From a virus, in IMG/VR virus record IMGVR_UViG_3300022745_000628, positions 1-64,000 of that record: DNA of 64,000 nucleotides; one strand, 5' to 3'. The notes beneath the pieces were generated by a model. It saw nothing but the letters and a program-made list of their open reading frames with translations. It was not told the DNA's origin and made no database searches. The translations under genes and the position numbers were made by a program. Of the stretch, positions 37,500 to 45,647 are shown one piece after another. Within the stretch, counting starts at the first letter, position 1, and each line of letters starts with the position of its first letter.

Positions 37500-37734
37500 A
37501 GAACTTTCAATGAAATTAGCAGTAAACGAACTCATGTGGGATAGGTTAGCCGTTACAGCATCTGAGTACGAGCGGCTGTCTGAGTTCTGTTATGCGGGCG
37601 GTGTTAGCCGTTTACTAGCTAACATATCGATCCAACAATATAAAGGATTACTAGCTCATATAGAGAATCTTAGACATACCTCCACGCATCTTATCTTGCA
37701 GGTACTTATCCAGAAAACTGTACGGCAAAGCTAG
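37486..37734 (+). CDS. NxxMWxKL-family protein (young subfamily)
   Basis: VNELMWDRLA..CYAG. Confidence 0.88.
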   Translation: MPKHRELSMKLAVNELMWDRLAVTASEYERLSEFCYAGGVSRLLANISIQQYKGLLAHIENLRHTSTHLILQVLIQKTVRQS

Positions 37735-37744
37735 AGAACTTTCA

Positions 37745-37972
37745 ATGAAATTAACAGTAAATAAGCTCATGTGGGATAGGTTAGCGATTGAGAGCATTGA
37801 TTTCCAGCCAGCGCATAATACCGCATACTCCGGTAGCAGAGAGGCTTTAGTAGCTAAAATGCAATATAAGCAGTATACTTACTTCATGGAGTGGATACCT
37901 ATGGTGCAGTATCACCTAAGTTTGGTTGTAGTGGATAGGGCAGTCAGGCGCATATTGTATGCCAGAACATAG
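37745..37972 (+). CDS. NxxMWxKL-family protein (young subfamily)
   Basis: VNKLMWDRLA..AYSG. Confidence 0.88.
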   Translation: MKLTVNKLMWDRLAIESIDFQPAHNTAYSGSREALVAKMQYKQYTYFMEWIPMVQYHLSLVVVDRAVRRILYART

Positions 37973-38210
37973 CAAACTTTCAATTCGCCGGCCAGTAAAC
38001 AAGCTCATGTGGGATAAGCTAGCGGTTAAGTCAAATAGTGATGAGTATCCGAGTGCCGTACAGTACGCTGGGGATACATCCCCTTTAGTAAATAAGATAA
38101 CGTGGCAAGGTTATAACACAGTGATGGCATATGTAAGCTTGATGAGATACAGTTCCGCATATTACGCAGTATATGATTTAATAGAGGAAATTGTTTATGA
38201 CAAAAGCTAA
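37959..38210 (+). CDS. NxxMWxKL-family protein (young subfamily)
   Basis: VNKLMWDKLA..QYAG. Confidence 0.88.
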   Translation: MPEHSKLSIRRPVNKLMWDKLAVKSNSDEYPSAVQYAGDTSPLVNKITWQGYNTVMAYVSLMRYSSAYYAVYDLIEEIVYDKS

Positions 38211-38448
38211 CAGGCGTCCAATCAAATTACCAGTAAACCGGCTTATGTGGGATAGCTTAGCGATTAAAGCAGATGAGTACGAGAATCCGGCTCATGTCTG
38301 TTATGCCGGCAGTAAGGACGCTTTAGTAGCTAAAGTAACGCTGGCGCACTATCACGGATTACTAGACTATGCATATAATACGCAAAATATTTCATCGTCT
38401 ATTAGCCTGCAGCAATTAATCAGGAGAACTGCGAATGTCAAGCCATAA
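38197..38448 (+). CDS. NxxMWxKL-family protein (young subfamily)
   Basis: VNRLMWDSLA..CYAG. Confidence 0.88.
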   Translation: MTKANRRPIKLPVNRLMWDSLAIKADEYENPAHVCYAGSKDALVAKVTLAHYHGLLDYAYNTQNISSSISLQQLIRRTANVKP

Positions 38449-38686
38449 CAAACATCCAATCAAATTACCAGTAAACCGGCTTATGTGGGATAGTCTAGCA
38501 GTCGAGCCCATTGATTTCCAGATACCGCACGATACATGTTACGCTGGCAGTACGACTGGTTTATTAACTAAGATGCCGAAGGCGCAATATAACGTATTAC
38601 TAGACATGGTAGCTGTTATGCCGTATCCGCAGACTTCTCTTGTCGTGTATAGTCTATTAAAGAGAATTTGGCATGTCGGAGTATAA
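38435..38686 (+). CDS. NxxMWxKL-family protein (young subfamily)
   Basis: VNRLMWDSLA..CYAG. Confidence 0.88.
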   Translation: MSSHNKHPIKLPVNRLMWDSLAVEPIDFQIPHDTCYAGSTTGLLTKMPKAQYNVLLDMVAVMPYPQTSLVVYSLLKRIWHVGV

Positions 38687-38930
38687 CAAACATCCAATCA
38701 AATTACCAATAAATAAGCTTATGTGGAATAAGCTAGCGGCCAATTCATTAGAGAAGGAGCTACCGAATCACACCGTTTGCGCTGGCGATATAGGCGCTTT
38801 CATGCCTGACAGGCCATCGTCGTCGTCGGAAGATTACCAAGCGCTATACTATGCCGCTAGATTGTCAAATGTATTTGTGGACTTCGTTGCGCATGCGGCA
38901 ATCGGTGAAATTGTTTATGGCAAAAATTAA
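38673..38930 (+). CDS. NxxMWxKL-family protein (young subfamily)
   Basis: INKLMWNKLA..VCAG. Confidence 0.88.
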   Translation: MSEYNKHPIKLPINKLMWNKLAANSLEKELPNHTVCAGDIGAFMPDRPSSSSEDYQALYYAARLSNVFVDFVAHAAIGEIVYGKN

Positions 38931-39177
38931 TAAATTTCTAGTGAAATTACCAGTAAACAAGCTCATGTGGGATAGGTTGTCGGCTGACGCGTTAGAGAGT
39001 GAGCTGCCTGGTAACTACTATTACTCCGGCCGATTTAACAGCGCCATGTATAGCCGGCAATGGCAGGCATGCGGCATAATACTAGCCGTTGCAGAGGATC
39101 CGCGGTATCTTCGACAGTCTAACGAGTCTAACGGCGTGCACAAAATAATCTTGGAAATTGTGCATGCCCGCACATAA
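38917..39177 (+). CDS. NxxMWxKL-family protein (young subfamily)
   Basis: VNKLMWDRLS..YYSG. Confidence 0.88.
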   Translation: MAKINKFLVKLPVNKLMWDRLSADALESELPGNYYYSGRFNSAMYSRQWQACGIILAVAEDPRYLRQSNESNGVHKIILEIVHART

Positions 39178-39430
39178 CGAACATCCGGTCAAATTGACGG
39201 TGAATAAGCTTATGTGGTACGCACTGACGGATGCGCCCATTTATTATGAAATAATGATTGACACTTGTTACGCTGGTAGCGCCGGGCCTTTCTTAGATGT
39301 CATGCGATGGGTTCAATATAAAACACTGCTGGACCACGTCAATAGAACGATGCCAGCCGATAGTTTGCAACTGACGCTGCTAAGCAGCGCTACCGTCCCA
39401 CTTCTAAAACTAGACCGGTTTCAAAAATGA
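39164..39430 (+). CDS. NxxMWxKL-family protein (young subfamily)
   Basis: VNKLMWYALT..CYAG. Confidence 0.88.
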   Translation: MPAHNEHPVKLTVNKLMWYALTDAPIYYEIMIDTCYAGSAGPFLDVMRWVQYKTLLDHVNRTMPADSLQLTLLSSATVPLLKLDRFQK

Positions 39431-39645
39431 TAAATCACAAAATGTACAGACTATTAGCGCTAGCACAGCCAAACTTCGAGCAGCCTTCCAATAGCGTATT
39501 CGTTGGCTCGGTAGCCGCACTATTAAGCCGTGTGGAGCACCATACCATTGTGTTTAAATGTACTGCAGTGGCGGAGCTTTGTAAGCTGCATATATCAATT
39601 TCAAAAGAACTTTGGCTATTGCAAGGTAAATATTTTGACTATTAA
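39427..39645 (+). CDS. NxxMWxKL-family variant
   Basis: INHKMYRLL..VFVG. Confidence 0.75.
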   Translation: MINHKMYRLLALAQPNFEQPSNSVFVGSVAALLSRVEHHTIVFKCTAVAELCKLHISISKELWLLQGKYFDY

Positions 39646-39904
39646 CAATCAAATGTGGGACAAATTGCAAATTACAGGCCACACAGTCTCGCTGTTTCCA
39701 GGTGATGCAGTGTATATCGGTTTAAAAAGCTATTTATATGCGAATATGCAAGTAATTGGTGCCTATACAGATTGGTTCCAGTTCACACACTTTTGGTCAA
39801 AAGTGTACATGCGTCATAACGATATTATCCGGCACAACCCGGAGCAGGATTTACCACTCCCTCTTTGGTACGAGCAAAATGACATCTACATCCCAGAATG
39901 GTAA
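39635..39904 (+). CDS. NxxMWxKL-family protein
   Basis: INNQMWDKL..VYIG; TTG 39635. Confidence 0.8.
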   Translation: MTINNQMWDKLQITGHTVSLFPGDAVYIGLKSYLYANMQVIGAYTDWFQFTHFWSKVYMRHNDIIRHNPEQDLPLPLWYEQNDIYIPEW

Positions 39905-40190
39905 TGTACCAGCGCCTATAACGGTAAATGAGAAAATGTGGGATCGCACAATCCGCGGGTCTTATATTATTACGACTAACCGCTATTTCAACAAGCCCGA
40001 TGACAATTGTTTTGATGGAGATCTGGTAATGGTCGTGTCGAAAGTCCGTGCACTTATCGACACCAATAACAAGATGTGTGCTGCGTTCGAGATCCAGTGG
40101 CGCTACCAGCGAGCCGCATACATGGCATCGATCGCTCAAGCTAACACGTTAGGCTGTGAGATAGACGAATACATTCCACTACTTTGGTAA
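39879..40190 (+). CDS. NxxMWxKL-family protein
   Basis: VNEKMWDRT..CFDG. Confidence 0.8.
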   Translation: MTSTSQNGNVPAPITVNEKMWDRTIRGSYIITTNRYFNKPDDNCFDGDLVMVVSKVRALIDTNNKMCAAFEIQWRYQRAAYMASIAQANTLGCEIDEYIPLLW

Positions 40191-40201
40191 CGGGCTAGTT
40201 A

Positions 40202-40522
40202 ATGCAAACAACGCAACACAATGTTGAAATTTTGACTCCGAATAATAAAATGTGGGACAAGCTGCTGTATGCGACAGCCGGGAGAGTAGCCAAAATACCC
40301 GCGAATTTAGAACTGTATACTCCGGGCAATATATGGGGTACGTATATCGCGCACTGGCATATTAACCACCTGTTTAGCTGTAAAATGGCTGTGGTGCAAC
40401 TGGACGAAGTCGTAGAAGTGTTGTGTGGCGGGGATATGCGCATACGCGCGTACGTAAGTACATATTCGTACATCGATTTTGTTATACGTACCGCGATATA
40501 CGCACATACAGACAAATTTTAA
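40202..40522 (+). CDS. NxxMWxKL-family protein
   Basis: PNNKMWDKL. Confidence 0.8.
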   Translation: MQTTQHNVEILTPNNKMWDKLLYATAGRVAKIPANLELYTPGNIWGTYIAHWHINHLFSCKMAVVQLDEVVEVLCGGDMRIRAYVSTYSYIDFVIRTAIYAHTDKF

Positions 40523-40525
40523 ATT

Positions 40526-40765
40526 ATGCTGCCAACCATAAATACTAAGATGTGGTGGACATTGTCGCCTAGTCACGGCCCTATTACGCGAGATATACAG
40601 ATAAATCGCGGCTTCTCGGTGGGTACCCCTGCATTGGCAGTTCGGATGCACATGCACCTCGATCAAAACATTAATATTTTTTACAGTTTGAATTATAAAT
40701 CTCCGTATAGTTCTGTGGAGTCGATCGTGCAAAGTATCGCTAAAAGAATGTGTGCTGACAGGTGA
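40526..40765 (+). CDS. NxxMWxKL-family protein
   Basis: INTKMWWTL. Confidence 0.8.
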   Translation: MLPTINTKMWWTLSPSHGPITRDIQINRGFSVGTPALAVRMHMHLDQNINIFYSLNYKSPYSSVESIVQSIAKRMCADR

Positions 40766-41031
40766 TTACAGGCAACAGTGTCAGCAAACGAATGTGGGAA
40801 AAATTAACAATACCCGGCTGGATTGCTGTCGGATGCATAGTTGCTCCACAAATAGGTGTTATGTCCGCGGATGGCGGATTGTTTAGCCGTGTACACGACA
40901 TATGTCCAGCGGGCGACGGCGCGCAATTTTGGTTGCAATCCGCGCCTCAGAATTTTATGGCGCATTTCATACGTAAAGAATTAGCGCACATCTGTATCGC
41001 CATCGCTATACAGAATAGCGGTCGCGCATGA
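40762..41031 (+). CDS. NxxMWxKL-family protein
   Basis: VSKRMWEKL. Confidence 0.8.
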   Translation: MITGNSVSKRMWEKLTIPGWIAVGCIVAPQIGVMSADGGLFSRVHDICPAGDGAQFWLQSAPQNFMAHFIRKELAHICIAIAIQNSGRA

Positions 41032-41273
41032 CTAACTATATCCCACTAAATATCCGGATGTGGCACAAGTTAAGTGGCGGGTATATTGCGGGTAGTTCGT
41101 TAAAATCCAGCTCGAAGTATGGCGGTATTTTGGATGCTCCACACGCAGGTATTTCGGTACAAGGCTACACCATGCACAATCTGTTTCTACACAACGCTTG
41201 CGAGGAAATAGCACACTTTAACTATGGTAACACAATTAGGCTATATAGCCTATTTGCGCACCTACTGTACTAG
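41028..41273 (+). CDS. NxxMWxKL-family protein
   Basis: LNIRMWHKL..KYGG. Confidence 0.8.
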   Translation: MTNYIPLNIRMWHKLSGGYIAGSSLKSSSKYGGILDAPHAGISVQGYTMHNLFLHNACEEIAHFNYGNTIRLYSLFAHLLY

Positions 41274-41293
41274 TATGTCTGATCGGAGGTAAC

Positions 41294-41566
41294 GTGAATT
41301 CGACAATTGCAGTTAGCATGCATATGATAGCGATTGGGGCAAAAAATACTGCGGTTCCGACTAATGGAACCACATGGAGTATAGGCGCCTGGGAGGTGCT
41401 CAAGGCGTCGTACAATACATGCGGGGACGCCTATGGCAAGAGTAGTGTATTGACGCTACTACTAAATCCAATTGTTTATAGATGGCGTAATGTTGCGAAA
41501 AGTGTCTACATTCTTGAGATCATAGAGGCTGCCAAAATTTCAGAGGAGGTAGAAGTATGTTTATGA
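41294..41566 (+). CDS. Small hypothetical protein within array
   Basis: No clear motif. Confidence 0.5.
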   Translation: MNSTIAVSMHMIAIGAKNTAVPTNGTTWSIGAWEVLKASYNTCGDAYGKSSVLTLLLNPIVYRWRNVAKSVYILEIIEAAKISEEVEVCL

Positions 41567-41817
41567 GAGACCTAATACAAATTCAAATATATCAAAAGCT
41601 TAGCGACGACCAAATCTGCCCGTCGCGAATAACACGTGAAACGCGGCTATTCCATCATGAACTATATCCGGCAATTAGGAAAACTGTCGGGACTAGGCTG
41701 GGTAGTTACGCTAGTTTTATGGATCACGCCCTTACCTTTGACGTGCAGGCAGACATACTGTCCGAGTTGTACAACCATTTGCCTAAATCGTGGGGAGATA
41801 GCGTTGTTACTAGCTGA
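41557..41817 (+). CDS. NxxMWxKL-family variant
   Basis: IQIQIYQKL. Confidence 0.6.
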   Translation: MFMRDLIQIQIYQKLSDDQICPSRITRETRLFHHELYPAIRKTVGTRLGSYASFMDHALTFDVQADILSELYNHLPKSWGDSVVTS

Positions 41818-42052
41818 TCAAATGTGGCATAAAATTAATCACGGTCGTATGAGCGGGCACGACATAAAGCCCGTTCATTTTGCAAGCATAGACTTGCGAG
41901 TGTGCGTGTTGCGGCAATTGGAGTACTCACACGCTATGTCCGATTGGATGCATGCTGCTGATGGGTTGCACAGCACCTTTACAGCAGTATCGCGCGCCAT
42001 GTACCGGCGAACCGCAACACTAACATATTTCAAACAATCGGTAAGAGTATGA
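41804..42052 (+). CDS. NxxMWxKL-family protein
   Basis: LADQMWHKI; TTG 41804. Confidence 0.75.
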   Translation: MLLADQMWHKINHGRMSGHDIKPVHFASIDLRVCVLRQLEYSHAMSDWMHAADGLHSTFTAVSRAMYRRTATLTYFKQSVRV

Positions 42053-42270
42053 AAAACCTGGGAGATAGAACGATAGCCTGGCACATGCTGCGACTTACAG
42101 TTACCAGTGCGTATACCGAGTATATGCGTGTAGTAGAATCAAGCGCACTAGGGTTCTATTATTCAGATGTTGCGACTATAAAAAACATACATAGTTTTGC
42201 GTATAAAAATAAGCACCGCATGGAACAACCGGTGCTTCGTCGTATGGCGGAGTGTATTGCCAATGGTTAA
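42049..42270 (+). CDS. Small hypothetical protein within array (HMLRL subtype)
   Basis: IAWHMLRL. Confidence 0.55.
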   Translation: MKNLGDRTIAWHMLRLTVTSAYTEYMRVVESSALGFYYSDVATIKNIHSFAYKNKHRMEQPVLRRMAECIANG

Positions 42271-42565
42271 ACGACGAATTAAATTGCGAAAAGGTATTCA
42301 CATTAACAAGCTACCTAATCGGAAAATGTGGTTAAGTCTGTGTCTACGCGCTACAATCAGGGATACGTCTTCCGATCAATACGCTGTCGACGGCTATTCA
42401 TACGCTGGTCCGCTGTGTTCTGAGCAATATCCACATGCGCTGTGGTTGGACGAAATGCTATGGATACAGCGCTGGCAGTTTGTTAATTACGACACTTTTT
42501 ACACTTTTACAAATCTCATAGAATATGACCATTTGCGGCTTATTGTAAAACGTTTACAAGGGTAG
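42263..42565 (+). CDS. NxxMWxKL-family protein
   Basis: PNRKMWLSL..SYAG. Confidence 0.8.
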   Translation: MVKRRIKLRKGIHINKLPNRKMWLSLCLRATIRDTSSDQYAVDGYSYAGPLCSEQYPHALWLDEMLWIQRWQFVNYDTFYTFTNLIEYDHLRLIVKRLQG

Positions 42566-42569
42566 TTAT

Positions 42570-42794
42570 ATGCTTAATCAAAAAATGTGGGCACTGCTGA
42601 GCTTAGACGGTTATGGCGGCGACGGGTCTCCATGCTATACATTTATGAATGTCAGAAAGCCTAGACGACTCTTTGCGCAGATAGAAGCATTTATTCTGCC
42701 TTGGTTTTTATTAAACAGACACAACAACTTACAGAACAAGCATATAGATAACGAAGTTACACATATTGCGAGTGACGCCATATGGAAAATATAG
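42570..42794 (+). CDS. NxxMWxKL-family protein
   Basis: LNQKMWALL. Confidence 0.8.
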   Translation: MLNQKMWALLSLDGYGGDGSPCYTFMNVRKPRRLFAQIEAFILPWFLLNRHNNLQNKHIDNEVTHIASDAIWKI

Positions 42795-42991
42795 CACGGC
42801 AGATGCAACCAGGCATAGACGGATTTGATAAGACTACATCCGCTCTGGTTGGAGCACCATTCGAAGAATGTGCGTGGATTTTACACTACGGAGTCAGAAC
42901 GCCATACAGTTGTTATCGAGAACTTGAAAAGGCGGTAACCGTTTTTTGTGACAAATTGGAGGCGGCACAATATGAACACCTCTGCGTTTAA
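42782..42991 (+). CDS. Small hypothetical protein within array
   Basis: IARQMQPG. Confidence 0.5.
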   Translation: MENIARQMQPGIDGFDKTTSALVGAPFEECAWILHYGVRTPYSCYRELEKAVTVFCDKLEAAQYEHLCV

Positions 42992-43277
42992 AAAACCGCG
43001 CACGATACAACTTCAGATGTTGGAAAAGCTCGTATTAGACCATACAGATCCTCAGTTTTTGACTGGTCCTACGCATAACGGTTTTTTTGGTATCGGCGTA
43101 GCCCGCATAAACAATCGCGTATGGCCGTGCCGGTGGACATGCTGCTCCGAGCTTGCGTACTATATCAGAGGCACGTACGGTATGGAGGCAAAGTTGCGAT
43201 ATACAACGTTACTGTGCATAGACATAACAAGTATAGACAGTCTTTCTGGAGAATGGTGGCATGCAGCCGAAGCTTAA
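42972..43277 (+). CDS. NxxMWxKL-family variant
   Basis: IQLQMLEKL. Confidence 0.7.
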   Translation: MNTSAFKKPRTIQLQMLEKLVLDHTDPQFLTGPTHNGFFGIGVARINNRVWPCRWTCCSELAYYIRGTYGMEAKLRYTTLLCIDITSIDSLSGEWWHAAEA

Positions 43278-43515
43278 CGTATTGATGTGGAAAAAGATAG
43301 CATTGGTAAGGCCGGCACGTGCTGAAAAACCTAGTTTTGTGGTATACGCCGGAGTGTTTTTTGCTAATGAAATTGACGCAGACTCGATCATAGCGTGCGT
43401 AACCTATATGTGCGATATTGTTTTGGCATATGCGCTGGCAGGATACAAGCCGCATGGAGACGTCATCACGAACGTCTTTGTCAATTATACGGATGGGATA
43501 GACGTTGGGATATAA
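43261..43515 (+). CDS. NxxMWxKL-family protein
   Basis: LNVLMWKKI..VYAG. Confidence 0.8.
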   Translation: MQPKLNVLMWKKIALVRPARAEKPSFVVYAGVFFANEIDADSIIACVTYMCDIVLAYALAGYKPHGDVITNVFVNYTDGIDVGI

Positions 43516-43801
43516 AACAAAATCGGGAGCTGTCATGATCAATCGTCAAATGTGGAACAAGCTTGCTTTTTTCGGAATTTGGCCAGGCGAACCTCCGAGT
43601 AGTGTGCAATACGTCGGCATGCCGACACCTTGTGTAGTTAAGTTTAGAAATGTGCGCGGCGCTGTGGTAAAAGATGACCACATACATGGAGCGCAATACT
43701 ACGCAGCGCAACTCGATCTACAGCAAGGCTCTTTAGAGGATAGCCTGCTATGGCACTTACACTCGCAAGTTGAATGGGTTATTACATATAAGAATGGGTA
43801 G
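43505..43801 (+). CDS. NxxMWxKL-family protein
   Basis: INRQMWNKL..QYVG. Confidence 0.8.
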   Translation: MGYKTKSGAVMINRQMWNKLAFFGIWPGEPPSSVQYVGMPTPCVVKFRNVRGAVVKDDHIHGAQYYAAQLDLQQGSLEDSLLWHLHSQVEWVITYKNG

Positions 43802-43809
43802 CGGTAGCA

Positions 43810-44070
43810 ATGCTAAGAATCAATCTAAAAATGCAGGGTAAACTTGTAATGTTTCAAGAATCGCCGGGTCTTAATAGTGGGAATCGGCGGTACTACGGCT
43901 CGGCATATTGTTATATACTTCAAAATAACATGCTAAACAATCTCAGCACATTTAGTCAGTTGGACAATACGCTATTTAAAAGTAACTTCAAATTTAGCTC
44001 CACTACGCTCGCGCCGGACGTAGCCATTTCTAATATTGTGAGTCTCTCAGATGATAAATCAATCCATTAA
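43810..44070 (+). CDS. NxxMWxKL-family variant
   Basis: INLKMQGKL..YYG. Confidence 0.75.
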   Translation: MLRINLKMQGKLVMFQESPGLNSGNRRYYGSAYCYILQNNMLNNLSTFSQLDNTLFKSNFKFSSTTLAPDVAISNIVSLSDDKSIH

Positions 44071-44329
44071 TAATAAAATGTGGGTTAAACTCGCGCTAGT
44101 AGTTACGCGTAATTACAACTATGCTGTAAATAACTGGCTATACGCAGGGCGCGCGCCGGCTTACATTTCCGACTGGATACACTATGACGCCTATTGTTAT
44201 ATTGTGCAAGTAACCAATACAATATTGCATTCGCATTCTCTGCATGTATCAGCTGCGCCAGAGGCTTACTTAAACATTACAGTACGCTTTTACCTGAATA
44301 GGAAATATAATGGTCACAGTAAATCGTGA
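44051..44329 (+). CDS. NxxMWxKL-family protein
   Basis: INNKMWVKL..LYAG. Confidence 0.8.
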   Translation: MINQSINNKMWVKLALVVTRNYNYAVNNWLYAGRAPAYISDWIHYDAYCYIVQVTNTILHSHSLHVSAAPEAYLNITVRFYLNRKYNGHSKS

Positions 44330-44489
44330 AATGGAGGCAAAACTTGCCGAGGGGAAATCGATGATTAGCATCCGAATGCTCTGCGTTGGGGCCATACACT
44401 ATAAACTTACTGTTGAAGTGCCAGACCACAATATAAAAGACATCATCACGCACATTGTGCACCATACCTACTCGAGAACAAATGCGTAG
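44310..44489 (+). CDS. NxxMWxKL-family variant, 59 aa (below ORF-track cutoff)
   Basis: Manual translation MVTVNREMEAKLAEG...; fills the gap and overlaps both neighbours. Confidence 0.7.
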   Translation: MVTVNREMEAKLAEGKSMISIRMLCVGAIHYKLTVEVPDHNIKDIITHIVHHTYSRTNA

Positions 44490-44799
44490 TATTTTGCAGC
44501 AGATGTGGGATAAGCTATGTATATGGTCAGCGGTTTATAGCTCAGACTTAGATAATTCAATGGGTAATCATATGTATAGTGGCGTGACGCGTCCATACTA
44601 TAACGTAGCCAATTGTTCCGCGCGCCATAGCGCTGACTTGGAAATAGTTCTGAAACATCGCTCTGCGATGTATGACTGTTTTGCAGCTCAAAGAAACTCG
44701 CCATTACGCACCAGCGCTGTACATGGAATAATAGGAAAATATGACTATGCCGCGATCTCTAGACGGAAGGTTAAAATAAAGTCCCGTGTTGACGCTTAA
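44482..44799 (+). CDS. NxxMWxKL-family protein
   Basis: LQQMWDKL..MYSG. Confidence 0.8.
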   Translation: MRSILQQMWDKLCIWSAVYSSDLDNSMGNHMYSGVTRPYYNVANCSARHSADLEIVLKHRSAMYDCFAAQRNSPLRTSAVHGIIGKYDYAAISRRKVKIKSRVDA

Positions 44800-45022
44800 T
44801 CAACGAATGTGGAAGACGCTTGCGTTTGGAGGCAGCCTAATGGTTCACTATCCTAGTGATATACGGTACCTAGGCTACAGCTGGTATACTTTTGAAATAA
44901 GAAAAGTCGTAGATAGGGAGGTAGTATACTCCATACTGTATCCGTGGCCTTTAAAATTACATATCAGCGTAGCAGCGGCGTTCGCCAATTCGGCATATCT
45001 TGAGGAGTATCGTTGGTACTAA
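44786..45022 (+). CDS. NxxMWxKL-family protein (last in array)
   Basis: LNQRMWKTL..RYLG. Confidence 0.8.
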   Translation: MLTLNQRMWKTLAFGGSLMVHYPSDIRYLGYSWYTFEIRKVVDREVVYSILYPWPLKLHISVAAAFANSAYLEEYRWY

Positions 45023-45046
45023 AGTACCGAGTTATATATGCGAAGC

Positions 45047-45082
45047 ACCTAAATTTAAGCCATAAATGCGTCATATATAGTG
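45047..45082 (+). promoter_or_regulatory. Bipartite phage promoter motif, copy 4
   Basis: CTAAAT at 45049, GCGTCATATATAGTG at 45068. Confidence 0.75.
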
Positions 45083-45172
45083 TAGGAGGTCGGTATTGCT
45101 GTGCGGCATACCGATATGTGGCAGCGCTAGTGCTGTGCGAATATATAGGTCTTTACTTTTAGGAGTTCCATA

Positions 45173-45646
45173 GTGAACACATGTACCGAGTTTGAGCGCA
45201 ATGTGCAACTAATCAGTTTGAAACTGATCCCGATCATTTCGAAACAGGCAAGCATAACCTGCTTGGCAGATGTGACCAGTCTGGCCATAGTTATGTTGAA
45301 CAACATAAACGAAGCCGTTGAGCAGTGCCCACGGTTAAACCGAGACACGGTTATTACACTGGCCGTCCAAATTTTCGATATCGAGCTCAATCGTCCGATC
45401 GCTGAAGGCGATGATGCCGAAGGTATGGAATGGATGGCTCTGGCGAAACACAGCGCGGTCGAAGCGCTGAAAATCTGTTCGGAGCTGTCAAACCGCATGC
45501 AAGCGGCTATGGACAGAGATATTACGCAACGTAAAGTGCAACGTACTTTATACGTATCGCATTACATCGGAAAGGCGCTTCGCGGTGTCCGCGGTGCGAC
45601 AACTCGAATTTGGAATATCCGATCGCGCGCACGCGCGCACGCGTAA
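45173..45646 (+). CDS. Helical hypothetical protein with basic C-terminus
   Basis: AGGAG RBS, GTG start. Confidence 0.7.
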   Translation: MNTCTEFERNVQLISLKLIPIISKQASITCLADVTSLAIVMLNNINEAVEQCPRLNRDTVITLAVQIFDIELNRPIAEGDDAEGMEWMALAKHSAVEALKICSELSNRMQAAMDRDITQRKVQRTLYVSHYIGKALRGVRGATTRIWNIRSRARAHA

Positions 45647-45647
45647 A

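Larger units (their letters stand above)
17743..45022 (+). repeat. Tandem mega-array of about 68 small paralogous NxxMWxKL-motif ORFs
   Basis: 55 ORFs with literal M-W plus 13 variants near the N-terminus, in blocks 17.7-18.6, 20.3-22.4, 25.5-25.8, 27.0-34.9 and 36.8-45.0 kb. Confidence 0.92.

Noticed and set aside
37010-38930. CRISPR array
   Set aside because: The repeats are coding, imperfect and about 240 bp apart, and no cas genes are present.
37010-39430. Diversity-generating retroelement (TR/VR) as the source of array variation
   Set aside because: No reverse transcriptase in the window, and differences between repeats are not restricted to adenines.
27038-45022. Integron-like cassette array
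   Set aside because: Genes overlap with no intergenic attC-like palindromes, and there is no tyrosine integrase in the window.
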